From NCBI RefSeq assembly GCF_000737315.1, contig NZ_JMCB01000003.1, positions 89,394-153,393 on the forward strand: a DNA stretch of 64,000 bases, in the 5' to 3' direction. Positions 11,114-19,228 of the stretch are shown here, one piece after another (the stretch's first letter is position 1; each line of letters starts with the position of its first letter). This DNA comes from Hyalangium minutum (GTDB lineage Bacteria > Myxococcota > Myxococcia > Myxococcales > Myxococcaceae). Position numbers and translations under genes: made by a program. Under the pieces are notes generated by a model. That model made no database searches. It was not told the origin of the DNA and worked only from the letters and a program-made list of their open reading frames with translations.

Positions 11114-11218
11114 TCCTCGCGCCCATGTCCCGGGGCAGGACAGCTCGACACATCCCGGTGTCCGATTTTCAGCCGATGCTCATATACTGAGCCAAGGTCG
11201 CTGTCTCAGGGTTCTCCC

Positions 11219-12256
11219 GTGACTACATCGGCGCATACAGAGCGTGGATCGAGGCGAGCCCACAGCGCGAGCCATGGGCACGGCCATGACCATGGGCACG
11301 ATCACGGCCATGGCCACGGGCACGATCATGGACATGGCCACGGCCATGGGCCTGGTGGGCCCCCTCGGAGGCCGACCAACCTGGCCGATGAGCGGCGCAA
11401 GGATCGGAATCGGCTGATCTTCGCGCTGATCCTCACGGCCACCATCGCGCTGGCCGAGGCGGTGGGCGGCTTCCTGACGAACTCGCTGGCGTTGATGTCC
11501 GACGCCGGCCACATGCTGACGGACGTATCCGCGCTGGCACTGAGCCTGCTGGCGCTGTGGTTCTCCGGCAAGCCGGCCAACCTCAAGAAGACGTACGGCT
11601 ACTACCGGATGGAGATCCTCAGCGCGCTGCTCAACGGCGTGCTGCTGCTGGGGATTACGGTGGTGATCCTCTTGGAGGCCTGGGAGCGCTTCCGCTCTCC
11701 GGCGCCGGTGAACCTGGGGCCCATGGCGGTGGTGGCCCTGGTGGGCTTGGTGGCCAACCTGGCCGCGCTGGGCTTCCTGCACCGGACGCACTCGCTCAAC
11801 GTGCGTGGGGCGTTCCTGCACGTGCTGGGGGATGCGCTGTCCAGCGTGGGCGTGCTCCTGGGCGCGGGGATCATGGCCCTGACGGGCTGGTACGTGGTGG
11901 ACTCCCTCATCTCCGCCCTCATCTCGGTGGTGATCGTCGTGGGCGCCATCCGCCTGGTGCGCGACGCGGTGGACGTGTTGCTGGAGGCCGTGCCCGCCCA
12001 CGTGGACATGGAGGCCGTGAAGAATCTGTTGATGCGGGTGCAGGGCGTGACGGCGGTGCACGATCTGCACGTGTGGACCATCTCCAGCGGGCTCTACGCA
12101 CTGTCGGTGCACCTGGTGGTGGCCAACGCCCTGGCCTGCAACAACGACGAGATCCTCTCGGCGGTGAAGCACGAGCTGTTCGATCGGTATGGCATCGATC
12201 ACACGACCATCCAGATCGAGAGCGAGACGTACGCCCACTTGGGCGAGGTGCACTGA
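11219..12256 (+). CDS. Cation diffusion facilitator (CzcD/ZitB-like) metal efflux transporter with a His-Gly-rich N-terminus
   Basis: Six TM helices, CDF signature, and a C-terminal cytoplasmic domain (HDLHVWTISSG). Start inferred as the in-frame GTG at 11219; it could be slightly different. This is the C-terminal part of the spurious 1202-aa ORF 8648..12256. Confidence 0.85.
   Translation: MTTSAHTERGSRRAHSASHGHGHDHGHDHGHGHGHDHGHGHGHGPGGPPRRPTNLADERRKDRNRLIFALILTATIALAEAVGGFLTNSLALMSDAGHMLTDVSALALSLLALWFSGKPANLKKTYGYYRMEILSALLNGVLLLGITVVILLEAWERFRSPAPVNLGPMAVVALVGLVANLAALGFLHRTHSLNVRGAFLHVLGDALSSVGVLLGAGIMALTGWYVVDSLISALISVVIVVGAIRLVRDAVDVLLEAVPAHVDMEAVKNLLMRVQGVTAVHDLHVWTISSGLYALSVHLVVANALACNNDEILSAVKHELFDRYGIDHTTIQIESETYAHLGEVH
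11270..11352 (+). repeat. Coding simple-sequence repeat, (CAY-GGN)n, encoding HGHGHDHGHDHGHGHGHDHGHGHGHG
   Basis: Imperfect dinucleotide-codon tandem repeat, read directly. It lies within the CDF N-terminus. Confidence 0.7.
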
Positions 12257-12340
12257 GGGGCCTGCGCGGCGGCCGGGAGACGACGCTCCGTGAGGAGTTG
12301 TCTTGCGTGGGCCGGAGAGTCGGACCATCCTCGGCGGCCC

Positions 12341-13384
12341 ATGAGTGTGCTGGACAAGGTGCTGTCGTTGCGGCCGGCGAACGCGGTGTCCCGGCTGGGA
12401 CCTGGGTCCCGGCTGCCGCTGCTCAGCCCGATGGAACTGCTCCGCGCGATGGAGGGCTCTCCGGCAGCCCTGCCATGCGTGCCCGTGCGTGCCAAGGCGG
12501 CCATTCCGGGGCTGCTGACGGCGGCCCGGGCGGAGGACTCGGTGCTGGGGCTGGCGTGCTCCCACCCCCTGGCGGATCGCGGCGCCACGGAGCGCTTCCT
12601 GTCCGCCGTGAGGACCTCCGCGGCCGACTCCGAGCACGCGCGCCCCCTGTTCCTCCAGGCCGGGCCCGTACGCGTGGCCAAGCCCAAGCCGGAGGGCTTG
12701 GCGGTGCAGCAGGAAGCCATCTTCCGCCTGGTGGACGATGGGTTCACCCTCATCTCGCTGGACGTGTCCAAGCTGGATGCCGCCTCGGCCGTCGAGGTGA
12801 TCCGCTCGCTGGCGGGCCCGCTGCGGGAGCGGGAACTGCCCATGGAGCTGACCCTGCCCGCGCGCCCACGAGAGGGCACCAGCGTGACGGACACGGCGCG
12901 CCCCATGCTGGAGGGCCTGCGCAAGGCCGGGATTCCGGTGGGCTTCCTCCGGGTGCCCGCGGCGGAGTTCGGCGAGGAGGACCTGGACGTGGGGCTGCTG
13001 CACCTCCTGGTGGAGCTGGCCACGAAGTTCGGTGTGAGCGTGACGGTGGCGGAGGTGACGGAGCGCTCCCTGCGTTCGCTGCCCACGTTCGTGGCGGCTG
13101 GGGTGCGCAAGGTGGACTGCGCCGCGCCCTTCGAGCGGCTCTCGCTGGCCGCGTGGCCGGCGGAGGCGCGGACCTTGCTGGAGCAGAAGGCGGGGGCCGC
13201 CGGAATGGCCCCGGGCGAACTGCTCGGGCTGCTCGAGGAGCAGTTCCCGGCGTTGGAGACCTCCGCGCGCGAGCGGCTGGAGGCCCTGTCCTTCACCGAG
13301 GCCACCGAGATGATCTCCCTGCTGGGCGCATCCAGGACGGGCTGGCGCTCCATGGTGTGGCTGGCCGAGAACCGGGGCGACTGA
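12341..13384 (+). CDS. Conserved hypothetical protein
   Basis: GC3-rich frame with balanced composition. No family confidently recognised. An alternative start at 12290 extends it. Antisense ORFs across this region are rejected. Confidence 0.4.
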   Translation: MSVLDKVLSLRPANAVSRLGPGSRLPLLSPMELLRAMEGSPAALPCVPVRAKAAIPGLLTAARAEDSVLGLACSHPLADRGATERFLSAVRTSAADSEHARPLFLQAGPVRVAKPKPEGLAVQQEAIFRLVDDGFTLISLDVSKLDAASAVEVIRSLAGPLRERELPMELTLPARPREGTSVTDTARPMLEGLRKAGIPVGFLRVPAAEFGEEDLDVGLLHLLVELATKFGVSVTVAEVTERSLRSLPTFVAAGVRKVDCAAPFERLSLAAWPAEARTLLEQKAGAAGMAPGELLGLLEEQFPALETSARERLEALSFTEATEMISLLGASRTGWRSMVWLAENRGD

Positions 13385-13387
13385 CAC

Positions 13388-13945
13388 ATGCGGATCGTCG
13401 CGGGCAGTGCGAAGGGCCGAGCGCTCCAAGGGCCCAAGTCCACCTCTCGGCACATCCGCCCCACGGCGGATCGGGTGCGGGAGACGCTCTTCAACGTGCT
13501 CGGCCAGTGGCTGGAGGGGCAGTCCGTGCTGGACCTCTACGCGGGCACGGGGGCGCTGGCGCTGGAGGCCCTCTCGCGCGGGGCGGGCCGGGCGGTGCTG
13601 GTGGACTCGGATCGCGAGGCGCTGGCGCTGTGCCGGCAGAACACGGACGCGCTGGGGTTCTCCACCCAGGTGGAGATCCTGGGCCAGCCGGTGGCCCGGG
13701 CGGTGGAGGCGCTGGCCAAGCGCGGGGAGCGCTTCGAGCTCATCTTCGCGGACCCGCCCTATGCGGCCCGGGTGGTGGAGTCGGTGCTGGAGCAGGTGGA
13801 GCAGGGCCGGCTGCTCATCCCCGGGGGCATGCTCATCATCGAGCATGACAAGCGCGAGGCTGCCCCGGAGGCCCACTCCGGGTTTTCCCGAGTCGACCAG
13901 CGCCGGTTCGGGGACACGCTGGTGAGCTTCTACCGCATTCCTTGA
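13388..13945 (+). CDS. rsmD: 16S rRNA (guanine966-N2)-methyltransferase RsmD
   Basis: SAM-binding motif (VLDLYAGTGALALEALSRGA) and DPPY motif (FADPPY). Conserved rsmD-coaD gene pair. Confidence 0.85.
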   Translation: MRIVAGSAKGRALQGPKSTSRHIRPTADRVRETLFNVLGQWLEGQSVLDLYAGTGALALEALSRGAGRAVLVDSDREALALCRQNTDALGFSTQVEILGQPVARAVEALAKRGERFELIFADPPYAARVVESVLEQVEQGRLLIPGGMLIIEHDKREAAPEAHSGFSRVDQRRFGDTLVSFYRIP

Positions 13946-13978
13946 CCGTCCCGTGGGGCGGGTTGAGACTCCATTGCC

Positions 13979-14461
13979 ATGCCGGTGGCCATCTATCCAG
14001 GTTCCTTCGATCCGCTCACCAACGGGCACCTCAGCCTCATCCAGCGCGGCCTCCAGATGTTCGATCGGGTGATCGTGGCCATCGCGGTCAACCCGAAGAA
14101 GACGCCGCTCTTCACGCTGGAGGAGCGCCGGGCGCTCATCCGCCAGGCCTGCCCGGATCCTCGGGTGGAGGTGGACGCCTTCCAGGGCCTGTTGGTGGAG
14201 TACGCCAAGCAGCGCCAGGTGAACGTGCTGCTGCGCGGGCTCCGGGCGGTCTCGGACTTCGAGTACGAGTTCCAGCTGGCCAACATGAACCGCAAGCTGG
14301 CCCCCGGCATCGAGACGGTCTTCATGATGACAGGTGAGGACTACTTCTACATTTCGTCACAGCTCGTTCGGGAAGTGGCCATGTTTGGCGGGGATGTGAC
14401 GGGGATGGTGCCGGACGGGGTGCTGGCGAAGCTGAAGGAGAAGTTCGCCCGGAAGCCCTGA
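13979..14461 (+). CDS. coaD: Phosphopantetheine adenylyltransferase
   Basis: [15 protein letters not shown] (HxGH nucleotidyltransferase motif) and ISSQLVRE. 160 aa. Confidence 0.92.
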   Translation: MPVAIYPGSFDPLTNGHLSLIQRGLQMFDRVIVAIAVNPKKTPLFTLEERRALIRQACPDPRVEVDAFQGLLVEYAKQRQVNVLLRGLRAVSDFEYEFQLANMNRKLAPGIETVFMMTGEDYFYISSQLVREVAMFGGDVTGMVPDGVLAKLKEKFARKP

Positions 14462-14512
14462 AGTCGCTGTAGTGCTTGTCCGGGGCATGTCACTCGGGGT
14501 AGCAACCCGGAC

Positions 14513-15703
14513 ATGCAATTGGCACAGCGCATCAAAGCCATCAAGCCGTCGCCCACCCTGGCCCTCAACGCCCGCGCCAAGGCGCTGGCTGCCCAGGGCG
14601 TGGACGTCGCGGGGTTCGTCGCGGGCGAGCCGGACTTCGACACCCCCGAGTTCATCAAGCAGGCGGCCATCGACTCCCTGAAGGCGGGCTTCACCAAGTA
14701 CACCCCCACGGCGGGCATCCCGGAGCTGCGCGAGGCCATCTGCGCCAAGCTGCAGCGGGACAACCAGCTGACGTACGCGCCGGATCAGGTGCTGGTGTCG
14801 GTGGGGGCCAAGCACTCGCTCTACAACATCTTCCAGGCGCTGCTGAACGAGGGGGATGAGGTCATCATCTTCACGCCGTACTGGGTGAGCTACCCGGACA
14901 TGGTGATGCTGGCGGGCGGCAAGCCGGTCATCCTGCAGACGCAGGAGGAGAACGGCTACGCGCCGGATCCCGAGGCGCTGAAGCGCGCGCTCACGCCCCG
15001 CACGCGGGCGGTGATCATCAACAGCCCGAGCAACCCGACGGGCGCGGTGTACTCGCGCGCGGCGCTGGAGGGGATTGCGGCGGCGGTGAAGGACCACGAC
15101 TGCCTGATCGTCAGCGACGACATCTACGAGAAGCTGCTGTACCAGGGGCAGTTCCTGAACATCGCCAACGTGGCGCCGGAGCTGTTCCCGCGGCTGGTCG
15201 TGGTCAATGGCATGAGTAAGGCGTACTCGATGACGGGCTGGCGCCTGGGGTACGCAGCGGGGCCGAAGCCGCTGATCGCCGGCATGCAGATGATCCAAGA
15301 CCAGTCGACGTCGAACCCGAACTCCATCACGCAGAAGGCGGGGGTGGCGGCGCTGAAGGGGCCCACGGAGTTCCTCACGAAGATGGTGGACGAGTTCCGG
15401 GCGCGGCGGGAGCTGATCGTCTCGGGGCTGAACGCGCTGGACGGAGTGAAGTGCCGCACGCCCGAGGGCGCCTTCTACGTGTTCCCGGACGTGCGCGGCC
15501 TGCTGCAGCGCCAGTACAAGGGCGCGCCGCTGGGCACCTCGTCGCGGATCTCCGAGGCGCTGCTGGATGACTTCCGGGTGGCGGTGATGCCCGGGGCGCC
15601 GTTCGGGGCGGAGGGCTACCTGCGCCTGAGCTTCGCCACCTCGCGCGAGGTGATCCAGAAGGGCCTGAGCCGGATGAAGGACTTCGTCGCGGCGCTGAGC
15701 TGA
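14513..15703 (+). CDS. PLP-dependent class I aminotransferase (aspartate aminotransferase-like)
   Basis: AspC/AAT family pattern (GEPDFDTP, KYTPTAGIPELR, NGMSKAYSMTGWRLGY with the PLP lysine). Confidence 0.9.
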   Translation: MQLAQRIKAIKPSPTLALNARAKALAAQGVDVAGFVAGEPDFDTPEFIKQAAIDSLKAGFTKYTPTAGIPELREAICAKLQRDNQLTYAPDQVLVSVGAKHSLYNIFQALLNEGDEVIIFTPYWVSYPDMVMLAGGKPVILQTQEENGYAPDPEALKRALTPRTRAVIINSPSNPTGAVYSRAALEGIAAAVKDHDCLIVSDDIYEKLLYQGQFLNIANVAPELFPRLVVVNGMSKAYSMTGWRLGYAAGPKPLIAGMQMIQDQSTSNPNSITQKAGVAALKGPTEFLTKMVDEFRARRELIVSGLNALDGVKCRTPEGAFYVFPDVRGLLQRQYKGAPLGTSSRISEALLDDFRVAVMPGAPFGAEGYLRLSFATSREVIQKGLSRMKDFVAALS

Positions 15704-15752
15704 ACTGAGCAGGGCTGAGGCCGCCCATGACGTGGGTGGCCTCACCTGGCGG

Positions 15753-16211
15753 CTACGCAGCAGACAGCTGGTCGATGGCTCGGACCCAGTGGTTCACGAG
15801 CTTCACGAGTCCAGCCTTGTGCTCCTGGATCTCGGCCATGCTGCGGAACCGGGCCATGCGCCGGTCCTTGTAGTCACCCTCGAGGAAGCCGAACCGATCC
15901 GCCGGCATCGTACCCTGCGGGAAGACGAAGACGACGTGCACGCAGTCCCTCGGGCGCAGATGAAAGGCCGCGAGGTCCTGCTGGTAGTAGAAACTCGGCG
16001 CGTTCCACTTCACGCGCTCAGCGATCTTCCGGTTCGCTCCCAGGATGAGCTCCCGCACGGCTTCGATCTCGGCCTTCAGCGGGTGCTCCAGCTGCTTCAG
16101 GTACTCGGCCACCTCTTCCGGTCCGCTCTTCTTCGGAGCGGAAGCCTTGGTCTTCTTGGCCGGAGCTTTCTTGGCCGAAGCCTTCTTCGCTTGCGTCTTT
16201 CGTGCGGCCAC
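15753..16211 (-). CDS. DUF1801-like protein with an N-terminal Lys/Ala-rich histone H1-like tail
   Basis: N-terminal AARKTQAKKASAKKAPAKKTKASAPKK, then a conserved domain resembling DUF1801/YdhG (…HPLKAEIEAVRELIL…). Confidence 0.6.
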   Translation of the reverse strand: MAARKTQAKKASAKKAPAKKTKASAPKKSGPEEVAEYLKQLEHPLKAEIEAVRELILGANRKIAERVKWNAPSFYYQQDLAAFHLRPRDCVHVVFVFPQGTMPADRFGFLEGDYKDRRMARFRSMAEIQEHKAGLVKLVNHWVRAIDQLSAA

Positions 16212-16233
16212 AAGGGCTCCTTCGGTGTTGCGC

Positions 16234-17133
16234 TCAGTTGCCCGGGGCGTCGAAGAGCTGGTCGAAGTCCGCCTGCCTCATCCGGATCGTGAGCGGACGG
16301 TAGCTCACACCACCATAGGTGCAGTTTGAATAGAACCAGGGCTCGAGCCCGAGCACGCAGACATTCGAGCACCGGCCGACGAATCGCAGCGGGGCACACT
16401 GGTTGGATGAGTTCGAGCCAGAGCCCAGCGCGCCGCACGCCCGGGTGAGGTACTCGCCCTCGTTGTTGACGGGCCGGTCGACGCCGAAGAACAGGCTGTT
16501 GGGCACGAAGAGGTTCCCGAAGAAGCAGGCCTCCCGAACCGGGTAGGACGTCAGCTCCCCGAAGGTATAGGGAATGGCGTTGCCCCAGGCGTTCCAGCCC
16601 AGGACGGAGATGTTCACGTTCCTTCCGTACCGGTTGACGTGCGCCAACAGGCAGGCCGTGATGAGCTGCTGCTCGTTGTAGTTGATCGCGCTGCCGCTGG
16701 CCCAGTCCGGCGCCAGTCCCAGTCCTCCTGTCCACGCATACGTCCTCCCTCCCTGGTGGCGGTACGTGCGGGTCTGCCCCGTGGGCACGGCGCAGCGGAC
16801 CACATAGGTCATCAGCATGTCGGCGGCCGCCGGATCCTGGCTGAACCACTGGATGAACGCTGAGCTGGAGAACCCGCCCACGGACAGCCCGTTGAGGGGC
16901 AACCCGTTGAGGGACAGCCCGTTGGCCGACAGCCCGTTGGCCGACAAGCCATTGAAGGAGTTGAGTTCCTGGGCCTGGCTGTCCAACGGCAGCGGCTCCG
17001 CGGGCGGCTCCGAGGGATCACAGCCTGAAGCGCTCGCACACACGCACAGCAACGTGAGCCAACACCGGGCTCGTTGCTTCACCTCCACCCAGGCAAGGGG
17101 GGAGTGAGCTTCCGCCATCGGAGCGTTCTTCAT
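16234..17133 (-). CDS. Cys-rich secreted lipoprotein with NGLS(A/L) pentapeptide tandem repeats (hypothetical)
   Basis: Lipobox (LLCVCASASGC). Repeat FNGLSANGLSANGLSLNGLPLNGLS. 12 Cys in the C-terminal domain. Confidence 0.45.
   Translation of the reverse strand: MKNAPMAEAHSPLAWVEVKQRARCWLTLLCVCASASGCDPSEPPAEPLPLDSQAQELNSFNGLSANGLSANGLSLNGLPLNGLSVGGFSSSAFIQWFSQDPAAADMLMTYVVRCAVPTGQTRTYRHQGGRTYAWTGGLGLAPDWASGSAINYNEQQLITACLLAHVNRYGRNVNISVLGWNAWGNAIPYTFGELTSYPVREACFFGNLFVPNSLFFGVDRPVNNEGEYLTRACGALGSGSNSSNQCAPLRFVGRCSNVCVLGLEPWFYSNCTYGGVSYRPLTIRMRQADFDQLFDAPGN
16885..16965 (-). repeat. 15-nt tandem repeat encoding the NGLSx pentapeptide array
   Basis: Plus strand reads gttgaggggcaaccc / gttgagggacagccc / gttggccgacagccc / gttggccgacaagcc. 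Confidence 0.5.
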
Positions 17134-17291
17134 GGGAGTCTCCTGCCCAGAGAGGGGTGGTCAGGGGGGTCTGGGTAGTCTGACTAATACGCATTACCGG
17201 GCCGCCTGGCTCCCCACCCCCAGCGTGAGCACGTGGGGTAGTGCACAGCCAGAAACCCATGCGTCCAGTGGCGGATAGTCACCTCCGCCGA

Positions 17292-19124
17292 TCAGGCGAT
17301 CCGATCCACCCTCACATCCACCTCCAGCGTCTCCGGTCCGCCTCCCACGAAGATGGTCCCCGAGGTGGGCGTGGCATCTCCGTAGCCGCGCCCCACTGCG
17401 ACGCGGACGTGCGAGGTCTGCGTCAGGATGCCGTTGGTCGGATCAAAGCCCCGCCAGCCCACCTCGGGCAGGTAGAGCTGCAGCCACGCGTGGGAGGCCT
17501 CCGCCTGCCGTTGGTTCGGATTCTGGGGACCACAGTAGATGTAGCCGCACGTGTAGCGCGCCGGCACGCCCAGCAGCCGCGCCATGCAGATGAACAGGTT
17601 GGTGAAGTCCTGGCAGACGCCGCGCCGGTTCACGTACACGTCGAACGGCGTCGTGTAGATCGTCGTCGAGCCCTGCCGGTACTCGTACTCGCGGAAGATG
17701 GACGCGTTGATGTCGAGCAGCGTGTCCAGCAAGTCGTAGTCGTTCCGCTTCACGAAGCTCATCGCGTACTCGGTGAGCTCCACCAGCTGCGTCTCGGGCA
17801 GCTCCTGGGGCAGCAGGTACGGCTGTAGCACCTGCTGCTGCCAGGGCATCCACACGAGCGGAATGGTGCTGCGCTCCTTGGGCGCCCGGAACTGGAGCGG
17901 ATCCGTGTCGTAGAGCTCCACCGTGGAGCGCGCCTCGATGGCCAGCTCCGTGTAGGGCCTCTCGAGGTGCACCCGCGTGGCCCGGTTGCCGAACACGTCC
18001 TCGTAGTCCCGGCGCTTCCCGTCCACGGACAGGTGGAGCTGATGCCCAATCACCGCCTGCAGCTCGTCGTGCATCGGCCGCAGCCGGAACAGGTGGGTGC
18101 TTCGCTCGATGGGGTTCTGGTAGCGGTAGACGGTGCGGTGCACCACGGAGAAGCGCTGCACCTCCGCCTTCGAGGGCAGCCGCAAGTCCCGTTGCCTGGC
18201 GGTGAAGAAGGGCTGCGAAGGCGCCTCCCCGGGAGCCACGGGCGCCGGAGCCGCGGACTGCGTGTCGGGCACCTGCTGCGGAATGGGCTGGACCTGCGCG
18301 GGTACCTGTACCTGGAGCTGGGGCTCGGGCGGCTTCACCTCCGCGGTGACCGTGCCCTGGCGGATGCGCAGGAGCGTCCCCGGCGCGAGCCGCTTCCAGT
18401 CCACCTGGGCGTTCTGCTCGGGCTGGAGCGGGTTGGAGCAGACGAGGACGCCCTTGCGGCTCTTGAGGCCGCGCTTGGTGAGATCCACCAGGATGTCGCC
18501 ATCACCGAAGACGAGGCTGTCGTGCGGCGGCTGCAGCGTCCAGATGTACAGCTCGTGCGCTGGATCGCGATCCGCATAGACGCACATGTCGTGTCCATCC
18601 GTGAGGATGGTGGTGAGCGAGCCGTGCTCGTTGGTCTCGGCGAAGAAGGACCGCAGGGCCTCCAGATCGACGTCCCCCAGGCTGCGCCACCCCTTGTCGG
18701 AGATCATCGACATGAGCTGGCAGAAGATGAGCTCGGAGTCCGTCGAGCCGATGGGCTCGAAGCGCTGCGGGGTGTTGGCCTCGATGCGGTGGGCCAGGCT
18801 GCCCGAGTGCGCCATCAGCCAGTCGCGCCCGCCCCAGGAGCGCCGGAACGGCTGGGTGTTGCCCGGAGAGATCTGCCCCCAGATCGCCGTGCGGATGTGG
18901 AGCACGAACAGCGAGGAGGCCAGGTGCTCCCAGGCCTTCACCAGCTCGCTGCGGATAGAGCCAGGCGGGGGCGCTGCTTCCTTGAGCACCTCTGCCGCGA
19001 GATCGCCACCCGGGTAGTAGCCGATGCCCCATCCATCGGGCGGTTGGCGCTGGGGACTCAGACAACGAAGATCGAAGGAGGGGGCGAGTTCCCCCTCGAA
19101 GCTCATGGCGAGAACGTTGGGCAT
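17292..19124 (-). CDS. Fusion protein: class II glutamine-amidotransferase-like (YafJ-type) domain without the nucleophile Cys, then a Pro/Gln-rich linker and a bacterial transglutaminase-like N-domain and core
   Basis: N-terminal MPNVLAMSFEG...DGWGIGYY resembles YafJ/Gn_AT_II, but residue 2 is Pro rather than Cys. The C-terminal half has the Bact_transglu_N pattern (RFSVVHRTVYRY...LRP) and a TGase core with Cys (GVCQDF), His (SHAWLQLYL) and Asp (GFDPTNG). Confidence 0.75.
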   Translation of the reverse strand: MPNVLAMSFEGELAPSFDLRCLSPQRQPPDGWGIGYYPGGDLAAEVLKEAAPPPGSIRSELVKAWEHLASSLFVLHIRTAIWGQISPGNTQPFRRSWGGRDWLMAHSGSLAHRIEANTPQRFEPIGSTDSELIFCQLMSMISDKGWRSLGDVDLEALRSFFAETNEHGSLTTILTDGHDMCVYADRDPAHELYIWTLQPPHDSLVFGDGDILVDLTKRGLKSRKGVLVCSNPLQPEQNAQVDWKRLAPGTLLRIRQGTVTAEVKPPEPQLQVQVPAQVQPIPQQVPDTQSAAPAPVAPGEAPSQPFFTARQRDLRLPSKAEVQRFSVVHRTVYRYQNPIERSTHLFRLRPMHDELQAVIGHQLHLSVDGKRRDYEDVFGNRATRVHLERPYTELAIEARSTVELYDTDPLQFRAPKERSTIPLVWMPWQQQVLQPYLLPQELPETQLVELTEYAMSFVKRNDYDLLDTLLDINASIFREYEYRQGSTTIYTTPFDVYVNRRGVCQDFTNLFICMARLLGVPARYTCGYIYCGPQNPNQRQAEASHAWLQLYLPEVGWRGFDPTNGILTQTSHVRVAVGRGYGDATPTSGTIFVGGGPETLEVDVRVDRIA

Positions 19125-19228
19125 CCGGTCGAGCGGAAGGTAGTGAGCCGTTTTGTACAGAGAAGCAGCCGGTCACACGGCCCGTGCGGCCGCGTCACCT
19201 GGAGAACAGCTATCGCAAGAGCCCCGGC

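Noticed and set aside
11270-11352. Possible CRISPR-like or noncoding repeat
   Set aside because: It is a short in-frame codon repeat, (CAY GGN)n, inside the CDF gene encoding a His-Gly tract. It is not spacer-interrupted direct repeats, and no cas genes are present anywhere in the window.
11180-14029. 949-aa minus-strand ORF and the 763-aa + ORF 11557..13848
   Set aside because: Extreme Arg/Gly/Pro/His composition. They overlap four well-supported + strand genes (CDF, the hypothetical gene, rsmD, coaD). These are shadow ORFs.
14357-15745. 462-aa minus-strand ORF
   Set aside because: Antisense to the clearly conserved class I aminotransferase gene.
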